Of a stretch of DNA of 64,000 nucleotides, positions 1 through 8,850 are shown in pieces. The notes beneath the pieces were generated by a model. It was not told where the DNA came from. It made no database searches and saw only the letters and a program-made list of their open reading frames with translations. The translations under genes were made by a program, and so were the position numbers. The stretch comes from Candidatus Latescibacterota bacterium (GTDB taxonomy: Bacteria; Latescibacterota; UBA2968; SICM01). The DNA lies in assembly GCA_965217865.1 (NCBI GenBank), contig CBDCJO010000002.1, forward strand, positions 3,552,001-3,616,000, written 5' to 3'. How positions within the stretch are numbered: position 1 is the stretch's first letter; the number at the start of each line of letters is the position of its first letter.

Positions 1-441
1 CCGTGGTTGTAGGCATGGACGGCGGCCAGCCGATGCTAGTGTCGTGTCCCGGAAATTCCTTCAATAATTTCTCGGATAGCGGTCTGTTCGTCCTGAGCGG
101 AGCGAAGGATCTCTATGTCCCGAACTATCAGACAGTTGGTGCGATCTTCGCTCGCTGGCTCTCGATCAAAATGACAGCCACCGCTACGTTTTTGGAGACT
201 TTCTTTTGTAAGGAATTACTGGGACACGACACTAGTTCACGACGAGTTCGAAATCACTGACCTGGATCGGCCCGCGGTGCGTGCAATGATTCAATGCGTC
301 GACGCATCAATACGAGACAACGGTCAAGAGCGACGGAATATCATTCTTGCTGCACTTGCCGAGTTAAGTGCTCAGTATCTGAATTCTGGCACCGAGACGA
401 AATCGGACACGCCTACGAGACGGAACCGGACGATCTCATGA
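1..441 (+). pseudogene. 3' end of an SspC/BrxC-like ATPase gene, interrupted by a MITE
   Basis: Removing 40-231 plus one CTAG restores the frame VVGMDGGQPMLVHDEFEITDLDRPAVRAMIQCVDASIRDNGQERRNIILAALAELSAQYL...RNRTIS*. Its TGA (439-441) overlaps the ATG of the PAPS reductase gene (ATGA). The sspC identity is inferred from position and the IILAALAEL tail. Confidence 0.55.
40..231. mobile_element. 192-bp MITE with terminal inverted repeats and CTAG target duplication
   Basis: Left end CTAG|TGTCGTGTCCCGGAAATTCCTT; right end AAGGAATTACTGGGACACGACA|CTAG. The 22-bp IRs have 2 mismatches and there is no transposase ORF. Confidence 0.9.
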
Positions 442-1280
442 GCCAGACGAATAAGACAAGACACGTCTTAGGTCTGTCGGGTGGTCGGGACAGCGCGGCA
501 TTGGCCGTATACATGCGGCAGAACCATCCGGAACTTGATATTGACTACTTCTTTACAGATACCGGCAAGGAACTACCGGAGGTCTACGAGTTCCTTGTCA
601 AGCTCGAAGGATTCCTGGGCAAGCCCATCGTGCGGCTGAATCCCGACCGGAACTTTGACTTCTGGCTGAAGCAGTACAACAACTTTCTCCCGTCGCCACA
701 GACACGCTGGTGCACGCGGCAGCTCAAACTTCGGCCTTTCGAGCAGTGGATCAGGCCGATGCTTGGGAACGGAAACAAAGTCTACAGCTACGTCGCCATA
801 CGCGCGGACGAGGAATACCGCGAAGGATACGCTTCAAAGTACGAAACCCTCGTGGTGAAGCTTCCGTTCAAGGATGCCGGCATCGACAAAGCGGGCGTCT
901 TGGAACTTCTCGAAGGGTCCAGACTGGGTCTGCCGAGATATTACGAGTGGCGCACTCGTAGTGGCTGCACATTCTGTTTCTTCCAGCAGGAAATCGAGCG
1001 GGTGCGGCTAATGGAGCAGCATCCAGACGCCTTTGAGGAAGCTAAGGTTTACGAAAAACTCGCCGTTGATGGGGGCTCTCCTTTCACCTGGAGTCAGGGC
1101 GAATCGCTGGACGACCTTTCCAAACCAGTCAGAGTGGAACAGATCCGACAAGACCACCAACGCCGCTTAGAGCGAATGCAAGCCAAGCACCTACCTAACC
1201 CTCTCCGGCCTGATATGGAGCCCATCGATGTTGACGACCTTTACAGTAAAGCCAAGGTCTGTCTTGGATGTCACAAATAA
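438..1280 (+). CDS. sspD: PAPS-reductase-family protein, SspD/BrxP type (DNA phosphorothioation)
   Basis: PP-loop RHVLGLSGGRDS, RWCTRQLK, RSGCTFCFFQ and C-terminal CLGCH Fe-S-type cysteines. Start placed at ATG 438, overlapping the upstream stop. Confidence 0.7.
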   Translation: MSQTNKTRHVLGLSGGRDSAALAVYMRQNHPELDIDYFFTDTGKELPEVYEFLVKLEGFLGKPIVRLNPDRNFDFWLKQYNNFLPSPQTRWCTRQLKLRPFEQWIRPMLGNGNKVYSYVAIRADEEYREGYASKYETLVVKLPFKDAGIDKAGVLELLEGSRLGLPRYYEWRTRSGCTFCFFQQEIERVRLMEQHPDAFEEAKVYEKLAVDGGSPFTWSQGESLDDLSKPVRVEQIRQDHQRRLERMQAKHLPNPLRPDMEPIDVDDLYSKAKVCLGCHK

Positions 1281-1375
1281 TAAGTCGATAGGCGAACGGT
1301 ATTTCTATTGAAAGCAGTGGATACAGCCCAAAGCTAACGCCACTCCCATCGCATGCTAGTGAAGCAAGATAGCTT

Positions 1376-2572
1376 TCATTGTTTTTGTTCGACCAACTTG
1401 AATGCGTAAATTTGACCGTGTCGGTCAATAGCCAACCTTACCCTTGATGATGACGACTTTGACTCTTCCCACAATCGCTTCTTAACTCCCTCGACCTCCC
1501 AAATCGGCTCATCAATTCCCCCAGAATTCAGGAACTGTGATACACATAGCGACGAAGCGGTTTCGAAAATTGGGAAATAGCCAACGGATGTTTTCAGTCC
1601 GGGAGCAACCGTCGCCAACTTTTTCTCAATGGCCTCCCATTCAATACATTTCGTGACTGGGCGATCCTCATCATCGCGACAGAAGAAGTAATTATGTAAT
1701 AGGACCTCTCCGCTTTCATTCGAATCGCAAACAGACCGAAATTTACGGCCCGCAGAGGTCAGGCTGTATCCCGTGAGGCCATGCCGCTCCCTTTTTTGGA
1801 GGATTCCGGCATCGACCAATAGCTCAAGTCGAGGAACCAAGAACCATGACCACGGTTGTCCTAGGTTCAGCTTCTCACGAACATTGCGCTCAGTGATCTT
1901 CACCAGCTCATTAAGCCGGGTTCGTATCTTGGCGTTCTCAGGGTGTCCGGAGCGAATCTGCCGCGCGGACAAAACATGCTTCCAGCTTTTCAGCAGAAAT
2001 CCGACGCGATTCTCGGCGGTTATCTCAAAGCTTGGATTGTCGGGAAGCTGCCTAAGAAATGCCCAGAGCCAGTCGCAGTCAATATCCAGTAACCAGAGAC
2101 CCAGATAAAGAGCGCCCACATTACCAAGCTGAAATGGGTCATCCGCGTTCCAATCGGTGGATAAACTTAGACGCCCCCTTGTCAACAGGAGATTCTGATC
2201 TTTCTTGACGAGTTTCAGTGTGTGCGCGAGTGATAGCGCGTCATCAAAATAGTCCTGGGTCAGGGCACCTACAGAGGACTGCAAACTCGAATCTGCCAAC
2301 AGCAGGTCTTGGCGTTCTGCCTTGATGGATTTGCCTTTTTCTAACGCTTTTCGAAGCGGCGTGTATCTCGGTGAGCCCGGCTTATGGTACAGGTACTCCT
2401 TGAAATGTCCTAAGTTGTCTTCTGGTACGACGCGCTTCTCGGTAAGGAATGTAGACACTCCCTTGCAAATGTCCTCTGAAAAGGCGCTCCGACCCTGATT
2501 CGTGTGCGATGATGCCAGGAGTGCCGTCCCATATCGCATCATGTAAAGGCGGAATGTGAGGGCTACTCTCAA
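1376..2572 (-). CDS. 398-aa hypothetical protein, possible winged-helix DNA-binding segment
   Basis: Long ORF starting 4 bp after the HerA stop with RBS GAGGGG. The segment PRLELLVDAGIL...YSLTSAG resembles a wHTH wing. Confidence 0.75.
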   Translation of the reverse strand: MRVALTFRLYMMRYGTALLASSHTNQGRSAFSEDICKGVSTFLTEKRVVPEDNLGHFKEYLYHKPGSPRYTPLRKALEKGKSIKAERQDLLLADSSLQSSVGALTQDYFDDALSLAHTLKLVKKDQNLLLTRGRLSLSTDWNADDPFQLGNVGALYLGLWLLDIDCDWLWAFLRQLPDNPSFEITAENRVGFLLKSWKHVLSARQIRSGHPENAKIRTRLNELVKITERNVREKLNLGQPWSWFLVPRLELLVDAGILQKRERHGLTGYSLTSAGRKFRSVCDSNESGEVLLHNYFFCRDDEDRPVTKCIEWEAIEKKLATVAPGLKTSVGYFPIFETASSLCVSQFLNSGGIDEPIWEVEGVKKRLWEESKSSSSRVRLAIDRHGQIYAFKLVEQKQ

Positions 2573-2576
2573 TGAT

Positions 2577-3971
2577 CTACCCCTCTATCCCGCCGTGAGC
2601 TGTCACTCTCGGTCGGATTTCCATAATGAACGATCGTGTTGCATCGCCGTGGCTGATATAGGCCTGACCCTGAACGAGTTCTCTGAGTAAGTCGTGAAGG
2701 GAGAGCACCTGCGTTCTGCTCGAGATCTTGTCGGGAGATCGTCCTTTGGCGCTACGTATCACTGCATCAATATCAGATTGGACCGTTAGTCGGTGAGCAA
2801 CTACACAATCCACCTGCGACAAGAGTTCCGGATGGATTGCACTGGGTTGTTGTGAAGTAATCATGAGCGACAATCCGTGATTCCTCCCTTCCTTCACATA
2901 CTGAATCAATATGGACGTGCACGGATTTGCCTTGGAAGGCGGAGCGTATCCTTGTGCTTCGTCAATGCAAAGCAGTGTTCGCGGCGGAGAAGACTCAATC
3001 GTTTTTAGCGCTTCGGCGCGTTCACTCTCGGAGATACTGCTGTCCAAGCGAAGGGTCTTGTTCGCTTCTGACGCAGCAGATCGCAAATTGAACAACTGCC
3101 GAACGAGAATCGCTGCTATCAGACTTCGCATCGGGGGCGCTAAGTGCCCCAAGAGGAGAATTGTAACCTCTCCCGCCCTGACCATCGAAGACACCGGCGT
3201 TGGGGTGGATGAAAACAATTCATCTCGGGCAAGAGTTTGAAGACGGCTACGAAGCGCCCTGACCGTTGTGCGTTCGAAACTACCAGCTGTATTTGTCTCG
3301 TCAGAGAGATATTCGATTAGTTCCGAAAGGCCAGCTTCTTCCTTTCCTGCACGAGTTACCGATTTGTAGGTGTACCCAGAGTTCTTTGCGGCATCGTATG
3401 CGGCCAATAAGAGATGCCCAGTCGGATCTTTGAAGAGATCGATCTCGAATATATGGGAATAATCTTCCGGACGAATTAGAGAGGTGTCTAATGCGAAGGG
3501 CTCGTACCTTGACGTATAGAAACCTTGGCGATGCCCATCGGGGTAGTAAGTTCTAATTGAGATGTCCGCTTCCCTTAACCCAAAACTCACAATTTTTGCA
3601 GAAAGTATCTTTCGCAACGAATTGTCCGGGATCTTTGACACTGAAACTGCCGCGTACTGGTATATGTTGAGGGTATCAAGCAGCAGCACAGCGCGGTCAT
3701 TTACGTTAAGGCCGATATTCGCCTCTGCGTCATTTGTGCCCAAGGCTTCTATGATGGTTCCGAGCGTGTATGATTTTCCAGACCCGCGCTGTCCAAAGAT
3801 GCCTGTTACGACTTCTCGCGCGAATCCCAAAATGACCTTCGGCCGCGAACCTTGCTCGGTCAACCTTCCGAGATTGACGTGAGTGATCTTCTCTATGCCC
3901 GCACGGTCGAAACCGAGACAGATTGTTCCGTCGTCATCTTGCAGCCCGGGTGAAACCTTGTAGCGAAGCAT
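2577..3971 (-). CDS. HerA/FtsK-superfamily (DUF87-like) ATPase
   Basis: Walker A GQRGSGKS, Walker B LLCIDEAQ, EGRNHGLSLMITSQQPS signature, and RBS GGAGGG. Confidence 0.9.
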   Translation of the reverse strand: MLRYKVSPGLQDDDGTICLGFDRAGIEKITHVNLGRLTEQGSRPKVILGFAREVVTGIFGQRGSGKSYTLGTIIEALGTNDAEANIGLNVNDRAVLLLDTLNIYQYAAVSVSKIPDNSLRKILSAKIVSFGLREADISIRTYYPDGHRQGFYTSRYEPFALDTSLIRPEDYSHIFEIDLFKDPTGHLLLAAYDAAKNSGYTYKSVTRAGKEEAGLSELIEYLSDETNTAGSFERTTVRALRSRLQTLARDELFSSTPTPVSSMVRAGEVTILLLGHLAPPMRSLIAAILVRQLFNLRSAASEANKTLRLDSSISESERAEALKTIESSPPRTLLCIDEAQGYAPPSKANPCTSILIQYVKEGRNHGLSLMITSQQPSAIHPELLSQVDCVVAHRLTVQSDIDAVIRSAKGRSPDKISSRTQVLSLHDLLRELVQGQAYISHGDATRSFIMEIRPRVTAHGGIEG

Positions 3972-3994
3972 TTAACCCTCCCAGCAATCGCCCC

Positions 3995-5152
3995 TCATAT
4001 TCCTTCGGTGAAAATCGCACGCGCTGGTTCCAGGTCGTCTGTATCTATGACGTAGGAGTCCCGACGCGCAGCATGAACCGCTCCTTCGTTGAGGGCAGAA
4101 ATGAAGTTTCTGGGTAGGCTCGCGGTTGGCGCGCTGGTAGCCATCTCCACGAACCCATTCATTGCTTCGTCAGTCAACGGGTAATAGTCAAGTCCGCTTG
4201 GTATCTGCCCTAGTCCTTCCTTTTCCTTCTTCTTGTCATCGTCGATAACAAGCGCAAAAAGGTCTTTTAAGAATTGTCGCACGTCGTCGTCATGAGCCAA
4301 ATACCCAAGATGGTGAATATTTGCTTTGTTTAGACGAGTCTTAATATCCTCCCGAAACACGAAGTCTGGGATTTCCTCCTCCTGCATTGCATAAATGGAT
4401 ACGATGAAACCGATGACACTATTGTCATCGTCCGCGAGTCGTCGGAAAGCATCGGCAGTCTTGGTTGCGGATATTGGTCAAACCTTCCATCTCGTCCAGG
4501 AGAAATAGGTAGTAAACTCCCTTATTCACGAAAAGCCGCATGATACCAACTAGGACACGATACATTTCAGATACGGTGTCCATGTTCTTTGTGAGGTTGT
4601 ACGAGGTGAGTTCGGCTGCGGTTAGCGATCCGCCGCATAGCCATCTCCACAATGTGATCGGTTCTCCTGCATATCCCAGCGCCCGAATCGCTCGCGCTAT
4701 GTTGGCGTCGTCAAAGTCATTTCTCAGTTTGCCCTCAAGATTGGGCCCCGCATGATTCGCCAGGTATTCCTGCACGATTTCCTTAATCTTCTCCAGGGTA
4801 AGCGCCTCCATCATCTGCGCATGGAGGTAGTTATAGTTCGTCTTTTCCTTGAACTCGGCATCTATGGAGCAGCATTTGACCTTATAGCAGATATCCTCCG
4901 CCTCCGGACTTTCCTGAAGCTTGTACTTTATATTGAACAGTGTATGCGTCTTCCCGACACCATACTGTCCATAGAGATATTTTTTCGGCTGATTTCCCAT
5001 CATATAGCGCTCGCGGATATCTTCGACGATCTCTTCATTTATTTTTTTTTCCCGAAGTACGCTGCGCGATCTTCCTTATTAAGGCGGAAATTTATAGTGA
5101 AGTTGCTTCTGTTACATTTTAGACAGAATCTTTGGTTTAGTGGAGCGATCAT
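3995..5152 (-). pseudogene. P-loop (AAA-like) ATPase broken by two frameshifts
   Basis: GGAGG RBS then ATG 5152 (MIAPLNQRF...AYFGKKK). Frame shifts at an A9 run (5042-5050) into INEEIVEDIRERYMMGNQPKKYLYGQYGVGKT (Walker A) and LFLLDEME (Walker B). A second shift near 4453 leads into DAFRRLADDDNSVIGFIVSIYAMQEEE...EGI*. Confidence 0.8.
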
Positions 5153-5163
5153 TTCCTTGCCTC

Positions 5164-5546
5164 CTATGCTCTGGCTGTGTGTCGTGTTACTCGAAGCTCG
5201 ATTGCGAGTTGTTCGAGCTTGTCTACCAACACCTCTCCTTCACCACGTGCCTCAATAACAAGTCCGAGTTCGTATGAGCGGTTTGACCATTCATACATGT
5301 TCGCCGATCCAAGCAAGGCATAGCGCCGTTCTCTTGTTGTTGCGACATAGAATTTTGCGTGAAGCAAAGGCATGTAGAATATTGAAGCCGTTGGTAGCTC
5401 CTTAGCGTCTCTGACGAATTCCTCGTGTGGACTTCCAGGCTCAGGTTCACGAGTGATGACAACGAGATTAGCTCTTTGGAACTGGAGTTTTTGCAGGAGC
5501 TTCTTAGTATTGTATCTATTCTGAGATAACAAGAGAAAAGCAGATA
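5164..5546 (-). pseudogene. PLD-family nuclease, N-terminus removed by the IS3 element
   Basis: LHAKFY...ALLGSANM...YELG is a single HxK(x)nGSxN motif. The ORF-track start codon lies inside the IS inverted repeat. Confidence 0.85.
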
Positions 5547-5562
5547 AAGGTCCAAGCAAGAT

Positions 5563-6594
5563 TCAGGCAGCCTTGTGGATGGTCTGGGATGTTCTTTGCC
5601 GATTGATTTCTATGCGGCGCTGCCGAGCCTCCTCCTTTCGACCTTGTCGGTGGTGAAGAATCTTTTGATGCTGGCCTTTATGCCTCTGAAGAGGCGTGAC
5701 ATACTGTATTGCCCCGTGATAGCGTTCGGCGTTGTAGCTGTGAATGAAGGAAGCAATCAGGCTTTCCAGTTGATGGAATGTGAAGATGTCCTGGAAGCGC
5801 AGCCAGTCGTATTTGAATGTCCGGAAAAAGGCTTCGATCCAGGCGTTGTCCGTGGGTGTTTGATATCGGGCAAACAGCTGCGAGATGCCCAGGTCCTTGA
5901 AGAATTGGGCCATCGATTTGGCCTTCATCTGAGATCCGTGATCTGAGAGGGCTGTCAAGCTTATGGGCCCAGTGTCCAGGTCCAGCAGTCCTTCGTTGGC
6001 AAGGGCTTGATCCCAGGCCTGTTTGACCTGCTCCACGGTCGCGTTGAAGGAGAGCTTCCATCCTACGATCTTCCTGGAATACACGTCGAGAATGGCGGTA
6101 AAATACAGGAACAAACCGAAAAATGGGATGTAGGTCAGGTCCCAGCTCCAGACCTGATTAGGACCTTCAGGTTTGACCTGGGGCTTGCTCTGCTTGACCG
6201 GCGTCCTCACCTGTTTCCTGCGTGCCAGACGTTCTTTCCTGGCCTGTCGGTAGAAGCTGGAGGCCGAGGCCTGCACTACCCCCTTCTCTGAGGCTACCAC
6301 CGCCAGCTGATGGGGAGGCAGATCGGCATAGGTCTCATCCCTTAAGAGGGCCGAGATTTGCTCTTTCTCCTCCCTCAGCAATCCGTGTGGGGCCTCATCA
6401 GGGGCGGGCCCGGGCTTCCCATCCAAAAGCGGGTCCGACACCCCATCCAGCTTCTCTTCTCGATCTCGCCGGCTCCAGGCACAATACCGCTGGAGGGGAA
6501 GCTGTAGGATCTCGCAAGAACGGGTGAGTTTCACCCCTTTCTCCTTGGCCCGATGGACCATTAAGAGGATCTCGCGTTTGACCTCAGCTTGCAC
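5563..6594 (-). CDS. IS3-family transposase OrfB (DDE integrase core)
   Basis: NQVWSWDLTY, ILDVYSRKIVGW, SDHGSQM, DNAWIEAFFRTFK motifs. Confidence 0.95.
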   Translation of the reverse strand: MQAEVKREILLMVHRAKEKGVKLTRSCEILQLPLQRYCAWSRRDREEKLDGVSDPLLDGKPGPAPDEAPHGLLREEKEQISALLRDETYADLPPHQLAVVASEKGVVQASASSFYRQARKERLARRKQVRTPVKQSKPQVKPEGPNQVWSWDLTYIPFFGLFLYFTAILDVYSRKIVGWKLSFNATVEQVKQAWDQALANEGLLDLDTGPISLTALSDHGSQMKAKSMAQFFKDLGISQLFARYQTPTDNAWIEAFFRTFKYDWLRFQDIFTFHQLESLIASFIHSYNAERYHGAIQYVTPLQRHKGQHQKILHHRQGRKEEARQRRIEINRQRTSQTIHKAA

Positions 6595-6617
6595 CCGGTG
6601 GCCCTTGATCGGGCCTG

Positions 6618-6953
6618 TCAGATCCCATTCACACTTTTTTTTAGCAGGGAAAGTTCCACAGATTGCTCAATGATCGTTTGCTCCAGGCGTGCCCGCTCTT
6701 TGCGCAGCTGCTCCACCTCCTCAGCCGATACCATCGGCTTGCGGCTCCGGCGACCCTTGAACTCCTTGAGGGCCCCGGACTTGACCGACTCACGAATACG
6801 CTTTAGATCCGAGGAATGAATGCCCCATTTCCGCAGCACCTGTGCAATGGGAACATCTCCCCGGCTGGCTTCAAGGAAAATCTCATACTTCTGTTCCGGG
6901 GACAAGCTCCTGCGCTTCTTGACCGGGTCACTGTTTGAGGACAGTTGCTCCAT
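6618..6953 (-). CDS. IS3-family OrfA (HTH plus coiled coil)
   Basis: Ends LLKKS at the A8G run (6634-6642). A -1 shift there reads KKCEWDLTGPIKGHRVQAEVK into OrfB. Confidence 0.85.
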   Translation of the reverse strand: MEQLSSNSDPVKKRRSLSPEQKYEIFLEASRGDVPIAQVLRKWGIHSSDLKRIRESVKSGALKEFKGRRSRKPMVSAEEVEQLRKERARLEQTIIEQSVELSLLKKSVNGI

Positions 6954-7039
6954 CTTTACTCCTCCTGTGAGGTCAGGGATATCCCAAAATATGTATCCCT
7001 TCTCAACCCTACAGGCAACCAGGATCTTGCTTCGACCTT

Positions 7040-7503
7040 GCCCCCGTTTTTTCGGGCGATCTCAGACAAAAGATAGTGCTCTGTGCGCTTGGGGTTCTCG
7101 TAAGACCAGAGTATCGACGACGAGGACTCAGCCAAAAGATTTTACTCGAAATGCGCAACCTGTCAGAGACATATGGATTGCAGGGTGTCCTTGCCCCTGT
7201 GAGGCCAAATCGAAAACACGAGTGTTCAGAGGAGTCCATCGAGTCCTATGCTGATCGGCGGGATGAGCTAGGGCGCCTGTGGGATCCATGGCTTCGAGTC
7301 CATGAAGAGCTGGGTGGCGAGAGGCTGGGTATTACGCTGAAAACAGTTTCCGTCATCGGGTCAATCAAGGATTGGGAAAGCTGGACTGGTATGCAGTTCC
7401 CGGTGGCAGGATCCTATAGCATTCCGGATGGGCTGGTTCCGATCACGATAGAAATCAAGGAACGTACTATGAGCCCAATATCTGGTACTTTCATCAGATA
7501 TAA
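7040..7503 (+). pseudogene. GNAT-family acetyltransferase remnant
   Basis: VRPEYRRRGLS acetyl-CoA motif, APVRP and DPWLRVH. The N-terminus is cut at the IS3 end. The expected C-terminus TYYEPNIWYFHQI* is in another frame from about 7462. Confidence 0.75.
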
Positions 7504-7721
7504 TCTTCCTACGGTAGATTGGCAACCGGCGGAAACAATATATGACATGAGATGTGAAAATCCAGAATCTATTCGGCATCTCTCCAGAATAATCGAAGAC
7601 ATATCGCATCTTCCCTGATCAATTATTAGACAGAGCGACTCGAAGGCAAGATGAAAAATGACAGGAGATCGATGGTTTCTTTGAAGGACTCATCAACAGA
7701 TACATAGAGGCCATTCCAAAG

Positions 7722-8738
7722 GTGGAACTACATGTCCATCTCGAAGGTGCTGTCCAACCTTCTTCACTGCTCAAGTTGGCACGTCGCAACGACGTGGATC
7801 TGCCTGTGTCCACCATTGAGGAAGCTCGTGACTGGTTCGCATTCAGGAACTTCGGAGACTTCAGTGAGATCTACAATGCGATCACGAAGTGCTTAAGAAA
7901 GTCAGAAGACTTCGAATTCATAGTCCATGAACTGGGATCCGAATTTGCACGCCAGCACGTCATGTACGCCGAGGTAACGTTCTCGCCATCGGCGCAGAAG
8001 TGGCAAGGCAACGTAGATCAAGACACCTATCTGGAGGGATTGTCGCGGGGTCGCAAACGCGTTATGGAGGATTTCGGTGTCAGATTGAACTGGATCTTTG
8101 ATCTGCTTAGAGATTCATCGAGATGGCAGCCGATGGCCGAATACACTACGCGCGTCGCCATCGAGTCGGCGTCAGACGGTGTCGTTGCTCTCGGTCTCGG
8201 CGGATGGGAGAAGTACGGTCCTCCAGAGGAATTTGAACGGTGGTTTGACTTGGCACTCAGTTCCGGACTACGAAGCAGTCCGCACGCAGGAGAGTTTGCT
8301 GGACCTGAAAACATCTGGGGGGCTATCCGAGCACTAAAGGCAGAGCGCATCAGTCATGGAGTGAAGGCTATCCAGGATCCTGCGCTAATGGATTACCTCA
8401 TCGACAACGAGATACCCCTGGATCTCTGCCCGACAAGTAATCGGAGACTAGGCGTAGTAACCAGTTACTCCGATCATCCGTTGAGAACATTCTACAACGC
8501 TGGTATCATCATCACAGTAAACACGGACGATCCGCCGATGTTCAACACAACGCTTACGGACGAATTGAAGCTCCTGGTTGATCCATTTGGTCTCGATATC
8601 GATGACATCGATACGGTTCTGATGAATGCAATCAACTCCAGTTTTCTGTCTGCCTCGGACAAAGACGAACTAAGGACAAAGTTTCGCTGCGCAAGTGAGT
8701 CTATCAAGAGGGATCTAAGGCTATCGCGCCAGTTGTGA
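7722..8738 (+). CDS. add: Adenosine/adenine deaminase
   Basis: PKVELHVHLEG, PHAGE, ERISHG, CPTSN and NTDDP motifs. The true start is probably slightly upstream, with a possible N-terminal frameshift. Confidence 0.9.
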   Translation: MELHVHLEGAVQPSSLLKLARRNDVDLPVSTIEEARDWFAFRNFGDFSEIYNAITKCLRKSEDFEFIVHELGSEFARQHVMYAEVTFSPSAQKWQGNVDQDTYLEGLSRGRKRVMEDFGVRLNWIFDLLRDSSRWQPMAEYTTRVAIESASDGVVALGLGGWEKYGPPEEFERWFDLALSSGLRSSPHAGEFAGPENIWGAIRALKAERISHGVKAIQDPALMDYLIDNEIPLDLCPTSNRRLGVVTSYSDHPLRTFYNAGIIITVNTDDPPMFNTTLTDELKLLVDPFGLDIDDIDTVLMNAINSSFLSASDKDELRTKFRCASESIKRDLRLSRQL

Positions 8739-8850
8739 GTCGCCATTTCCTGCTGCGCGCCTTACGGCGCTGCCTTCGGCACTCCACGTGCGCGAGGTCG
8801 TGAAGTGCGAAATCAATGTGCAATGGACAAACACTCAACCTCTGGCTAGC

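Larger units (their letters stand above)
5547..7039 (-). mobile_element. IS3-family insertion sequence
   Basis: Imperfect 26-bp terminal IRs (AAGGTCCAAGCAAGATTCAGGCAGCC at 5547; GGCAACCAGGATCTTGCTTCGACCTT ending 7039) and orfA/orfB joined by an A8G slippery site. Confidence 0.85.

Noticed and set aside
294-437. N-terminal extension of the 328-aa ORF
   Set aside because: This stretch encodes the C-terminus of the upstream gene in another frame; the likely start is ATG 438.
438-1280. Housekeeping cysH
   Set aside because: No sulfate-assimilation genes nearby; the extra Cys motifs and defence-island context fit SspD/BrxP better.
7722-8738. Adenosine deaminase near ATPases as a RADAR (RdrAB) system
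   Set aside because: It is an ordinary ~340-aa Add-type enzyme, on the opposite strand and separated from the ATPases by an IS3 junction; RdrB is much larger and coupled to RdrA.
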